IMG/VR virus record: IMGVR_UViG_3300046786_000293
Coordinates: 96,001-160,000 of that record
Direction: 5' to 3' (one strand)
Source of the DNA: a virus
Taxonomy: Duplodnaviria > Caudoviricetes
DNA length: 64,000 nt
Within the stretch, counting starts at the first letter, position 1; the number at the start of each line of letters is the position of its first letter. Shown piece by piece: positions 24,711-33,243 of the stretch. The position numbers and the translations under genes were made by a program. The notes beneath the pieces are model-generated. The model was not told the origin of the DNA. It made no database searches and worked only from the letters and a program-made list of their open reading frames with translations.

Positions 24711-24845
24711 ATTATATGTAAACACATCAGCGGTCTACTGTACGCTGTGATTGAACACTAGGACTTAGTATAAGTCGTCCGCGACTCCGCATCTTTTTAA
24801 CACAAGTCCTGCGGTTGCTTGTGAGCCAATATGCTTACATATAAT
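24711..24845 (-). ncRNA. Family-2 cassette RNA with an H-type pseudoknot
   Basis: AUUAUAUGUAAGCA/UGUUUACAUAUAAU closing stem; CACAAG/CUUGUG stem whose loop CCGCA matches a downstream UGCGG. Confidence 0.55.
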
Positions 24846-24849
24846 GACA

Positions 24850-24938
24850 CTATATGAAAACACACTAAAAGGGATCTATACCGCCATCTGACTTATTGCC
24901 TGTTCAGTATAAAAGGGATCTAGTGCGTTTACATATAG
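24850..24938 (-). ncRNA. Family-2 cassette RNA
   Basis: CUAUAUGUAAACGCACU/AGUGUGUUUUCAUAUAG. Confidence 0.55.
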
Positions 24939-25019
24939 AGCCTGCTTCACAGCAGGATATATGTGAATTAAATTTTTAAAGAACTTGTTCGTCAGTTATT
25001 GCTAACTGTCTAAGTATCT

Positions 25020-25048
25020 ATTATAGCAAAAAACCGAATTATTGTCAA
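25020..25048 (-). promoter_or_regulatory. Consensus sigma70 promoter TTGACA-N17-TATAAT inside the tRNA array
   Basis: Perfect consensus. Confidence 0.85.
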
Positions 25049-25093
25049 AGACCCTTTTTACCACAGGGTTTTGTAATACTTCAGTTTTAAGAT

Positions 25094-25171
25094 TGGAGCA
25101 TCGGGTAGGATTTGAACCTACGGGGTTACGGGTTTGCAATCCGTTGCATTGGACCTCTCTGCCACCGATGC
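25094..25171 (-). tRNA. tRNA-Cys(GCA)
   Basis: Cloverleaf; U73. Confidence 0.9.
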
Positions 25172-25178
25172 ATTATAA

Positions 25179-25239
25179 AACAGGATACATTTTTTCTTTT
25201 ATACCAAAAAAGTTAAAAGTTGCTGTTAGTATCCTAAAA
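25179..25239 (-). ncRNA. Family-1 (Y-RNA-like) element, copy f
   Basis: UAGGAUAC-UAACAGCAA...GUAUCCUGUU. Confidence 0.65.
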
Positions 25240-25241
25240 CT

Positions 25242-25317
25242 TGGTGGACCAGACAGGACTCGAACCCGCCACCCCCACGGTGCAAACGTGGTGCTCTCCC
25301 AGATGAGCTACTGGCCC
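25242..25317 (-). tRNA. tRNA-Ala(TGC), second copy
   Basis: Cloverleaf; G3.U70. Confidence 0.9.
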
Positions 25318-25319
25318 TT

Positions 25320-25472
25320 TTAACTTGGAACTGTATGCGGAATGTATGGAACATTGCGAGGACCACCGTAAAGTTGTTCAAATAGCTTTTTAGCTTCTTT
25401 GACGTCAGATGCGTATATACGCACCTTTCTATCACCTTCAGGAGTCCTAACAGTAGTTTCGTACATTGGCAT
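25320..25472 (-). CDS. Small hypothetical protein (50 aa)
   Basis: MPMYETTVRTPEG...; RBS AAGGA; the track start lies inside a tRNA. Confidence 0.6.
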   Translation of the reverse strand: MPMYETTVRTPEGDRKVRIYASDVKEAKKLFEQLYGGPRNVPYIPHTVPS

Positions 25473-25487
25473 GCCAATTTCCTTAAA

Positions 25488-25564
25488 TGGTCGGAGTGGC
25501 AAGATTCGAACTCGCGACATCTTGGTCCCAAACCAAGCGGTCTACCAGGCTGACCTACACTCCG
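25488..25564 (-). tRNA. tRNA-Pro(TGG), second copy
   Basis: Cloverleaf with CCA. Confidence 0.9.
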
Positions 25565-25569
25565 TATCC

Positions 25570-25644
25570 TGGTGCATCGTGAGAGGGTTGAACTCCCGAC
25601 CTTGGCCTTGTAAGGGCCCTGCTCTACCACTGAGCTAACGATGC
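25570..25644 (-). tRNA. tRNA-Val(TAC)
   Basis: Cloverleaf with CCA. Confidence 0.9.
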
Positions 25645-25649
25645 AAAAT

Positions 25650-25725
25650 TGGTTGCAGAGGAGGGAATCGAACCCCCGACCTCAAGGTTATGAGCCTTGC
25701 CAGATACCGCTTCTAACACTCTGCT
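25650..25725 (-). tRNA. tRNA-Met(CAT), initiator-like (1:72 mismatch)
   Basis: A1.A72 mismatch; anticodon stem has only two of the three G-C pairs typical of fMet. Confidence 0.8.
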
Positions 25726-25810
25726 TCAATTTTAAAAGTATACAACCTTTCACAAACAGAGCCTGTCTTATCAGCAGGGTGCGTTATACACTTATAAAAT
25801 TGTTCAGCTA

Positions 25811-26002
25811 CCTACACCACATAGGCCCTAAACTGAGCGGTTGCTCTGTCCACGTTACCGTCGTTTGGTCCGGCTTACGTCAACCTAGGATATTCTCAAG
25901 TCGCCGATATAAAGCCGGCCTTGAAGTAGATCCTACGCACTCTGCTCTTATGGTTTGGCAATTACCCACTTCTTTAACGTAGAAGTGTAGACGGGGTCTG
26001 TA
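25811..26002 (-). ncRNA. Uncharacterised ~190-nt structured RNA directly 3' of tRNA-Gly
   Basis: UCUACAC/GUGUAGG closing stem and several internal hairpins. Confidence 0.5.
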
Positions 26003-26076
26003 TGGAGCGGCGTGCGAGAATCGAACTCGCGACTTTAGCTTGGAAGGCTAAGGTAATACCATTTTACGAACGCCGC
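26003..26076 (-). tRNA. tRNA-Gly(TCC)
   Basis: Cloverleaf with CCA. Confidence 0.9.
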
Positions 26077-26093
26077 ACAATTTTACTTATGCT

Positions 26094-26177
26094 TGGTGCC
26101 CCAGGGGAGACTCGAACTCCCACGCCTCTCGACACTGGCTTCTAAGACCAGCGTGTCTACCATTCCACCACCAGGGC
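26094..26177 (-). tRNA. tRNA-Leu(TAG)
   Basis: Type II cloverleaf. Confidence 0.9.
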
Positions 26178-26183
26178 AAAATT

Positions 26184-26260
26184 TGGCTCCCCGAGCTGGG
26201 CTCGAACCAGCGACACCTTGATTAACAGTCAAGTGCTTCTACCAACTGAGCTATCAGGGA
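26184..26260 (-). tRNA. tRNA-Asn(GTT), second copy
   Basis: Cloverleaf with CCA. Confidence 0.9.
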
Positions 26261-26314
26261 ATAAATTTTTAACTTGTATCTATTATATAGTCTAATCTAA
26301 TTTGTGTCAACAAC

Positions 26315-26530
26315 TTATTTGATTTTTTTCAAATAGTCTCTACCAATTAGACCAGCTTCAATTTCTTCTAAGGCTGCAACGATCGGTGTGCTAGTTGTAG
26401 TAACCTTAGGTACTGCACCTTTACGCAGTTCACGAACACGTTGAGCTCCCACCAGGATCAAATCAAATCTGTTACCAATATTAGCAACACATTTGTCTGT
26501 GTCATTCATTACACGATTTTCTTTTTTCAT
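26315..26530 (-). CDS. rpoZ: RNA polymerase omega subunit homolog
   Basis: IGNRFDLILVGAQRVREL..G..P......ALEEIEAGLI matches the omega signature. Confidence 0.85.
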   Translation of the reverse strand: MKKENRVMNDTDKCVANIGNRFDLILVGAQRVRELRKGAVPKVTTTSTPIVAALEEIEAGLIGRDYLKKIK

Positions 26531-26581
26531 AACTGCCTTAAAATTGTATTATACTACCTATTGGTGGTTAGTGTCAAGTCT

Positions 26582-26825
26582 AACGCGGAGCCCGTCAGAA
26601 GGACCCGGCAATTTTCATCCAAAGGTATTCTAAAACACACTTGATCCGTACCCTCTATCTGTTAGGACTGCTCTCGGGATTAGTATGTTTTAGAATACCC
26701 TGCGTTGCCGCAGGATATGATAGGGTTGTACCCTACCCAGTAATTTATACTAGTGCGTTCTCGCCACACGTTCATCCTACTGTCCGCCCATTTGATACAT
26801 TTAACGCTGTATTCCGGCTCGCGTT
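26582..26825 (-). ncRNA. Uncharacterised ~245-nt structured RNA, nesting a family-2-like stem at 26624-26699
   Basis: AACGCG-AGCC/GGCU-CCGCGUU closing pairing; GCAA tetraloop hairpin; GGUAUUCUAAAACA/UGUUUUAGAAUACC stem. Confidence 0.5.
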
Positions 26826-26842
26826 GCCTATTCACGTTTGAG

Positions 26843-27004
26843 TTATGCTAGAGTCTTTGTTGCTAACTTTCTAAGTTGATTAGACTGAACTTTAGCACGT
26901 TCGAACTTTTCTGCTAATTTCTTTCGAAAGTCCGCATCTGTCAAAGTATACTCTGTAGTCCACCTAACTTCTCTCATTTGTTTTGCAATGTTTACTTTCT
27001 TCAT
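26843..27004 (-). CDS. Small basic protein (53 aa)
   Basis: MKKVNIAKQMREVRW...; RBS AAGGA. Confidence 0.55.
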   Translation of the reverse strand: MKKVNIAKQMREVRWTTEYTLTDADFRKKLAEKFERAKVQSNQLRKLATKTLA

Positions 27005-27019
27005 AATTCCTTTATATAA

Positions 27020-27056
27020 AAACAAAACCCCAGGGTGTTTAGTCCTGGGGTCCTTT
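27020..27056 (-). terminator. Intrinsic terminator of a putative attenuator
   Basis: ACCCCAGG/CCTGGGGT stem plus U-tract. Confidence 0.75.
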
Positions 27057-27071
27057 TGAAGTATTTTGAGA

Positions 27072-27230
27072 TTATACTCTGGGTATTTTCTCTGCTCCAA
27101 TGGACCCCGGGGCAATCCCCTCTGGTGTGCGATCATTACTTTGTAGACTAATCACAGACCAATAGGTGGGCATAAAGCCTCCCTGTTTGGCTATGCAATG
27201 TTGTGACGATAATGATCTAATGTTGTTCAT
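27072..27230 (-). CDS. Putative leader peptide (52 aa)
   Basis: MNNIRSLSSQHCIAKQGGFMPTYW...; lies between the promoter and the terminator. Confidence 0.5.
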   Translation of the reverse strand: MNNIRSLSSQHCIAKQGGFMPTYWSVISLQSNDRTPEGIAPGSIGAEKIPRV

Positions 27231-27240
27231 AACAGTTTCT

Positions 27241-27269
27241 ATTGTAATTTATTTATGCCTTGTTGTCAA
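27241..27269 (-). promoter_or_regulatory. Sigma70 promoter TTGACA-N17-TACAAT containing a TAAATA motif
   Basis: Near consensus. Confidence 0.75.
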
Positions 27270-27318
27270 CTACTTTTGGTAATCTTTAAAATATTTATAC
27301 TTTTGTTTTAAACTAAGT

Positions 27319-28854
27319 TCAGCTACGGATGTTATCTTTTAACATTTTTAGTAATGCAGTTTTATACTCGTAGATGAACCATGGTTTTATTATATGTTCT
27401 ATTTCATGAAAGTCAAATGTTGGTTGAGTTGATTTCATCAACTCGGATAAATCAATTCCATAAGTCGACATGGCAAATGCAGTATGTGCTGGTAATTTAA
27501 AATTAGTAGCAGATGTCCGACTAATTCTATTAAATTCGTCTGCAATTTCTATTGCCTTTGCACTGTCCATGAATTCATTTTTCCAATTAAGGTCTGCTTG
27601 ATTATCCGGGGTCCCAGTGTCTATGTACCCGTACTGTTTATAATTTTTGTCAAATTCGCTAGAAAAATTACTATCGTATATTTTTGTAATTCGTAGACCA
27701 TTGAAAGCCCAAGAATCTAAAGGAATTTGGCTAGATAATAATTGCTCAAAGGTTTCTTGAATGTGTGTAAGTGATTCTTTTGGTAGCCCGACAATAAAAC
27801 TACCATGCAATGAAACTGAATCTCCGTAACGATGTTTAATAGTTTGTATAGTTTCTATTTGTTTTTTTCTATCGTACCCCTTACCAACAATACGACCCGT
27901 TTCTAAATTTAATGTTTCTATACCAAAATAAAAACCCCTAACACCAATAGCATATAGTAGATCAATGGTTTCTGGACGAGTACACAGAAGATCCAATCTG
28001 ATGTATGCCCAAAATTTTGGTTGGAACGGTAAGCGGTTTATCGCGCTTAAAATTAAATTTAATTTATCCGGGTGATCATTGAAAGTATCATCAACTATCA
28101 AATAATTTGTTACTCCAAATTTATTATAATTATCTAAAAGTTCTGTGTAAATGTTTTCAGCTGATTTTATGTAATCTAAATTAGACTTACCATTCATTGG
28201 ATAACTACAAAATTTGCATCTAAAAATACACCCTCGACCAATTTCAAGAGGTAAAGTTTTATGATTAACTACGTCGGTTTTTTCCCACACCATATCTTCT
28301 TTACTAAACTCGTAACCGGGAACCAATGATCCATCTATTACAATTTTACCATGAATATTTTTTATACTGTTTGACAATGCAGTTCCGTTGATCAAATGAT
28401 CAACAATGTTTACTATTGCGGCTTCACTGAAGCCTAAGCAAACGTAGTTTACGTTTTTATTAGAAATATTCTTGTTGGAAAGTTTATTGCCGCCGGCAAC
28501 CACTTTAATATTTTTTCCAATTTCATTAATGTATTCAAATATTTCACGCTCAAATTTCTCGCCTTGAGGGAACATGCCCGAGTGGGAGATAGGCATGCAT
28601 TCTGTTATATCTTCTTTAGAAGTTGTTTCGTTACTTTTAAAGAATGTTCTACTAAATCCTATTAGAACAGTTTTATCTGAAATTGCTACAGATAATAATT
28701 CTTTTAATTCACTTATGGTATATTCCGACAAATGCCCTACAACTAAACAACTATATCCGTTTTTTCTTAGTGCATGAGCACATTTAAATGCACCGATGCT
28801 TAAACTACTTACAATCTTATCTGTTACATCAGTGAATAATATTACGTTGTACAT
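27319..28854 (-). CDS. B12-binding-type radical SAM protein
   Basis: RGCIFRCKFC, DDTF, FGIETL, FIVGLP.E; N-terminal ..GG Rossmann-like segment. Confidence 0.8.
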   Translation of the reverse strand: MYNVILFTDVTDKIVSSLSIGAFKCAHALRKNGYSCLVVGHLSEYTISELKELLSVAISDKTVLIGFSRTFFKSNETTSKEDITECMPISHSGMFPQGEKFEREIFEYINEIGKNIKVVAGGNKLSNKNISNKNVNYVCLGFSEAAIVNIVDHLINGTALSNSIKNIHGKIVIDGSLVPGYEFSKEDMVWEKTDVVNHKTLPLEIGRGCIFRCKFCSYPMNGKSNLDYIKSAENIYTELLDNYNKFGVTNYLIVDDTFNDHPDKLNLILSAINRLPFQPKFWAYIRLDLLCTRPETIDLLYAIGVRGFYFGIETLNLETGRIVGKGYDRKKQIETIQTIKHRYGDSVSLHGSFIVGLPKESLTHIQETFEQLLSSQIPLDSWAFNGLRITKIYDSNFSSEFDKNYKQYGYIDTGTPDNQADLNWKNEFMDSAKAIEIADEFNRISRTSATNFKLPAHTAFAMSTYGIDLSELMKSTQPTFDFHEIEHIIKPWFIYEYKTALLKMLKDNIRS

Positions 28855-28870
28855 CTAAACATATTTAATT

Positions 28871-28955
28871 TGGTGCTCCGACCCGGAATCGAACCGGGAA
28901 GCCGTTAGGCGGCAGATTTTAAGTCTGCTATGTTTACCTATTTCATCATCGGAGC
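28871..28955 (-). tRNA. tRNA-Leu(TAA), second copy
   Basis: Type II cloverleaf. Confidence 0.9.
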
Positions 28956-28985
28956 ATTCGTTAAAGTTGTATTTTACTATATATC

Positions 28986-30038
28986 CTATTTGTTGTCAAC
29001 GGGTTCAAACAAGTGATTTATTTTATATTGTTGCTCATTAACAAAACTATAAAACCTGTCTCTATTGTACAACAAATCGGGTAGCATGTCACGATACATT
29101 TCTTCCAATTGTGTTCTTGGCAATTTATTAAGATAGTCGATTACCGAAACTATTTGATCACATATTTGATGATCTGATATATTTTCACAGTCTATGTGGG
29201 GCCAATAATTTTCAAAAGTCTTAAAACCCTGTTGTCTTAACCAAGAATAAATTTTCGTTTGACCGTTAATTAAAAACGGTCTTAGACCTAATATCGATTT
29301 CCATGTTTTTTCTGTTATAAATACACTTTTAAAACTTGGGAATTCTGTTTCACTGATCACCGTCAGGAAGTGCTTTTGCCAAATTTCTAAATTCCCCAAA
29401 CTGTGAATATCATTGGGGATTCCAAATTGCATACTCTTGTCACCTAACGAATCGTTAGGACTTTCTCCTAGATTGAACTGTAAAGGATTGTCATCTAATA
29501 AACTATAAACTTTATCGTTTTTACCTAGCGTAAGTATTCCACACTCACGTAAGCCTGCACTTACTAATTTTTGAGCTAACTCAACTCTGTGAACTCTTGG
29601 TTTTCTATTGTAATTTAAATACACATGGTCGGCTTTTTCTAATAGAATTTCTGAGTCTTCATATTTTTTAAAATACTTTGGCAAAAGTGTACTTATAAAA
29701 TTGAAAGAATACTGTCCTTCAAAATTTCCAAGATAATAATGATTTTTTGCGCCAGCTTTCAGAGATAGTTCATTTAATACCTGATTATCTAGATATGCAG
29801 GATCAACAGATGCTAACCAGAATATGTTATCAAACTTTTTAGAGTCAACAATTTTTAAAAATTTTTGATATTGCCCATTAGTAAATTGCGGGCCGAACCA
29901 TGTTGTGTTTATTAGTAAATTTTTTTCATCTGAAAAAGTTTTATTGATTTGTAATATTATATTTTCGATTAATTTATTTTCGTCCCGCCACCATATATGA
30001 TTACTCTGAAATGTAGTCCCCACAAATTCTATTGTCAT
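28986..30038 (-). CDS. Hypothetical protein, GT10/exostosin-like C-terminus (paralog 2)
   Basis: VISET..FITEKTWK..RPF..GFKTF. Confidence 0.55.
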   Translation of the reverse strand: MTIEFVGTTFQSNHIWWRDENKLIENIILQINKTFSDEKNLLINTTWFGPQFTNGQYQKFLKIVDSKKFDNIFWLASVDPAYLDNQVLNELSLKAGAKNHYYLGNFEGQYSFNFISTLLPKYFKKYEDSEILLEKADHVYLNYNRKPRVHRVELAQKLVSAGLRECGILTLGKNDKVYSLLDDNPLQFNLGESPNDSLGDKSMQFGIPNDIHSLGNLEIWQKHFLTVISETEFPSFKSVFITEKTWKSILGLRPFLINGQTKIYSWLRQQGFKTFENYWPHIDCENISDHQICDQIVSVIDYLNKLPRTQLEEMYRDMLPDLLYNRDRFYSFVNEQQYKINHLFEPVDNK

Positions 30039-30039
30039 A

Positions 30040-30282
30040 TTAATAATTTCTTGTCAATGCCATATAGCTCATCCACTGCAAAAAAGCATTGTACACTGTT
30101 ACTGCTTCTTTGTCATCCTGCGGAACCTTTACGCCGCGAACCCAAAATCCATCGTTTGTGATCTTAAGCATTTCGGTTTCGCCTGTGGTCATTATAACAT
30201 GAGCGGTGGGCTCTGTGTCTGCTATAGTAAAAACCGGACGAGGAGTCGGCTTACCGGTCAATTCGTTCCAATCAATTTCCAT
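30040..30282 (-). CDS. Hypothetical protein
   Basis: 80-aa ORF in the operon. Confidence 0.6.
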   Translation of the reverse strand: MEIDWNELTGKPTPRPVFTIADTEPTAHVIMTTGETEMLKITNDGFWVRGVKVPQDDKEAVTVYNAFLQWMSYMALTRNY

Positions 30283-30479
30283 AGAATGTCCACAGCTTCT
30301 TCGTTTAGAAAGAATTGTGCTTTAACCATTTCTTCATCAGGGTTTTTGCCGTCTTTCCAAACTGTAGTAAACTTCAACTCGTAGGTGTTACCTTGTGCAT
30401 TTTTGTTTGCTAAAGAGGCAATAGGTTGCATCTCTGCGTACAGTTGAAATCCTGCGTTGTCTTGAAGTAATCTTTTCAT
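30258..30479 (-). CDS. Hypothetical protein
   Basis: Start MKRLLQ at 30479 (the track start lies inside a tRNA). Confidence 0.55.
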   Translation of the reverse strand: MKRLLQDNAGFQLYAEMQPIASLANKNAQGNTYELKFTTVWKDGKNPDEEMVKAQFFLNEEAVDILWKLIGTN

Positions 30480-30487
30480 AGTTAAAA

Positions 30488-30564
30488 TGGTGCGCCCGGA
30501 GGGACTTGAACCCGCGACCAATGGATTATGAGTCCACTGCTCTAACCAACTGAGCTACAGGCGC
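30488..30564 (-). tRNA. tRNA(CAT), likely Ile2 (lysidine type)
   Basis: Body resembles bacterial Ile2 tRNAs (GACUCAUAAUC). Confidence 0.85.
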
Positions 30565-30598
30565 AATAGATGTATTATATATGATTTTGCAATTTACG

Positions 30599-32026
30599 TC
30601 AAACTTTTTTAGTTCTCTTGCGACGTTCTCTGGTTTCTTTGCCCAAAGTGATCTTAGGTGCTTGGCCAGTTGGGTTAGTCCAGTTAAACAAGTCTGTACC
30701 TAATTGGTATTCGTCCCAGTTAGATTCAATTTGTTTCTTGTCTGTTACTATTTGATACTCCTCTGTTCCTTGATTAAAGAACATGATAGCATACATACTT
30801 TCGCCTGTTTGCTTGTCTGCTGTGGCTAGTTTATAGTAATCATAGCTAAACAAAAACCAATTTTTTCTAAAAGCGTCAAAATCAAATTTACCAGACTTGC
30901 GGTCAAAACTACGCAATATAGTTTCGCGCATTTTGCTATTACTCATTGGATATAATGTTTCTAATAATAAATCAAATGCTTGTCTTAATAGTGCACCGCA
31001 TTGAGGATTACGACTAGCATCAACTGCATCGTTTAATGCTTGTAAATTAGCCAAACTAAAGTGAAAATATTTTTTAAGACTAGCATTATGTCCGGACATA
31101 ACGCTTTGTCCTTCGGGGCCCAATGCTTGTCCAACTAAAGTTGCCCATTCTGGATAGATACGAGTAGCATCACCGTATACTGTGCTACCTCCGAATCCTT
31201 TTAATCTAGCGCCCATGGCTTTAATTTCAAATTCTTTACCATTAATGTTAAGGTCACCAGGACTTAATTTGTTTACTGGATTGCCCAAGATGCTTATTAA
31301 ATCTTCCCCTGCACCTTTATTTGCTGCACTAACTTGTGTTGGCAAATCACTGCGATTCTTTAATTCTGCTTTTAAGTTTAAAACAATAGGATTGCTTTGG
31401 TATTCTGGCATAATCAAATCATCGAAAGTACCTTTATGAGGCTGAGTAAACTTACTTAGGTCCAGAACTCCAGTTTTTGTTAAAACTTGTGCAATATGAT
31501 TTCGCTGACTTAATGTACCAGGAACTTTCAAAAACATTCCTGTTAAAATTTCCCCCGCACCTTTTTTATACATTTTCATTTCAGCAATCTGTTGGCAAGT
31601 AAGTTCAATAGTTTGTCTATATGCAAATGTAACAATGTGATTAACTTCTTCGCTCTTAAATCCGCCTTTTAGTAAAAATTTACGAAGCTCGTCGGGCTTA
31701 AGAGTTACTCCTGGAGGGAGTTGCATTGCTGCCTCTTTAAGAGCACGAATTTCAGGTTCTTCCTCGGGCTTTTCAATACCTGTAGCGGGCGGTTGGGCTA
31801 TAGCAGGTTGTGCAGGAACTTGAGTATTTACAGGTGCCGGTTGCTGTGGTTTTTGTGCTTGCGGCTCAGCTTGTGCAGGCTCTTGCGTTGTTAATTTCTT
31901 TCGAATATAGTTTGAAATTGCTTGTACCACTGACGGAGCAATTTCGCCTTTTTTAATATCCGCAACTAATTGGTCAACGTCGTTGGATGCTTGTTCTTCT
32001 TCAGTAATAATTTCAGTAAATCTCAT
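30599..32026 (-). CDS. Putative virion-packaged protein with a PD-(D/E)xK-like domain
   Basis: N-terminal MRFTEIITE motif, P/Q linker, GAGE...GDL.ING..EIK. Confidence 0.55.
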   Translation of the reverse strand: MRFTEIITEEEQASNDVDQLVADIKKGEIAPSVVQAISNYIRKKLTTQEPAQAEPQAQKPQQPAPVNTQVPAQPAIAQPPATGIEKPEEEPEIRALKEAAMQLPPGVTLKPDELRKFLLKGGFKSEEVNHIVTFAYRQTIELTCQQIAEMKMYKKGAGEILTGMFLKVPGTLSQRNHIAQVLTKTGVLDLSKFTQPHKGTFDDLIMPEYQSNPIVLNLKAELKNRSDLPTQVSAANKGAGEDLISILGNPVNKLSPGDLNINGKEFEIKAMGARLKGFGGSTVYGDATRIYPEWATLVGQALGPEGQSVMSGHNASLKKYFHFSLANLQALNDAVDASRNPQCGALLRQAFDLLLETLYPMSNSKMRETILRSFDRKSGKFDFDAFRKNWFLFSYDYYKLATADKQTGESMYAIMFFNQGTEEYQIVTDKKQIESNWDEYQLGTDLFNWTNPTGQAPKITLGKETRERRKRTKKV

Positions 32027-32145
32027 GAGGTTTTATTGTTATGTTATATTTATTTTTTACCGCATATTATCAAAAATTGTGGCAGTGCAACATAAATATA
32101 TTAGTAGAAACACTAATATAGTTTCTACTAATAAAGGAATCAACT

Positions 32146-32304
32146 ATGAAATTATTAGAATGGATCAAAAGTCTATTTACAGAACGCTCATATCATGATA
32201 GCGTAGAAACATTTGTCATTAGCAAGCAACCTAAGAGTACCGCAGAAGTTGAACTGTGGGTTCGCTATTATGATCAACACATTCGCGATAGAGGATTTGT
32301 ATGA
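32146..32304 (+). CDS. Small hypothetical protein (52 aa)
   Basis: Translated by hand; RBS AAGGA. Confidence 0.55.
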   Translation: MKLLEWIKSLFTERSYHDSVETFVISKQPKSTAEVELWVRYYDQHIRDRGFV

Positions 32305-32396
32305 AAATGCCAAAAGTTATTTGGAAAGCAATATATGAGTTTCTTAAAGAAATCGGGCACTCAAGAGCTCGCAGATCGCAAGGACTTTGGTATTAA
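32301..32396 (+). CDS. Small peptide (31 aa)
   Basis: ATGA-coupled to the upstream ORF. Confidence 0.4.
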   Translation: MKMPKVIWKAIYEFLKEIGHSRARRSQGLWY

Positions 32397-32397
32397 A

Positions 32398-32478
32398 ATG
32401 AATTCCAAACCTATGTGGTTACCGATGACCGACGAAGATTGGGAGTGGGTAAACTACGGTCGATTACCTCAAAAGTAA
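32398..32478 (+). CDS. Small peptide (26 aa, MNSKPMWLPMTDEDWEWVNYG...)
   Basis: Abuts the previous stop. Confidence 0.4.
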   Translation: MNSKPMWLPMTDEDWEWVNYGRLPQK

Positions 32479-32479
32479 T

Positions 32480-33235
32480 TTACCTTCGTTCAATGTCCTC
32501 TTCGACACAGTTTTCTCCGTACTGAATTTCTATCAACTTTAACGGTTGATCAGTTTCATTACAGAGCATATGCCACTCTCCCGTTTGAATAAATGTATTT
32601 TCGTGTGCAGTCATAACACATTTTAAATCTTCATCTGTGCTACTGTCTAGTGTGTATACGTGTGCTGTGCCTTCTGCTACAAACCAAAACTCTGCACGTT
32701 TTTCGTGACGTTGCATACTTAAACAAGTCTTAGGATTGACTGTAAGTTCTTTCAATTTTACGTGAGGGCCGCAAGTGTGCAATACTCTGTAGTAGCCCCA
32801 ACTACGAAGGGTTTTGGGTGCTTTCCATTCTTCAAGAATCCAGCTAGAGCTATTTGCTTTATTTTCCCCGCCTACACCAAACACAAACTCTACATCATCA
32901 AACACCATCTCGGGAATGTTATCTTTCGTACGATCCCCGCCGTTGGCAAAGACAATGTCGGCATCAGGATAAATTGTTTTTAATTTGTGTATAGCATCAA
33001 TGCTAGAATTATCATCGTCTTTGAATTCGATGCAATGCTTTACCATTTTTAAATTTTGAATAATAGCGCGGCGCTCGTCTACCGGCATAAAAGGCCGACC
33101 TTTTTTACGGGTAAGCCATTCATCTGAATTAATTCCTACTACTAGGAAGTCACCTAATTTACGTGCAGCTTCAAAATATGCAATATGCCCAGAATGTAGT
33201 GGATCAAATCCACCGGTTACAAGTACTATCTTCAT
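32480..33235 (-). CDS. Cytidylyltransferase-like domain fused to a cupin (MPI type II C-terminal-like)
   Basis: GGFDPLHSGH, ANGGDR; SMQRH..RAEFW..H.L.N..IEIQYG..EEDIER. Confidence 0.85.
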   Translation of the reverse strand: MKIVLVTGGFDPLHSGHIAYFEAARKLGDFLVVGINSDEWLTRKKGRPFMPVDERRAIIQNLKMVKHCIEFKDDDNSSIDAIHKLKTIYPDADIVFANGGDRTKDNIPEMVFDDVEFVFGVGGENKANSSSWILEEWKAPKTLRSWGYYRVLHTCGPHVKLKELTVNPKTCLSMQRHEKRAEFWFVAEGTAHVYTLDSSTDEDLKCVMTAHENTFIQTGEWHMLCNETDQPLKLIEIQYGENCVEEDIERR

Positions 33236-33243
33236 AAAAATAC

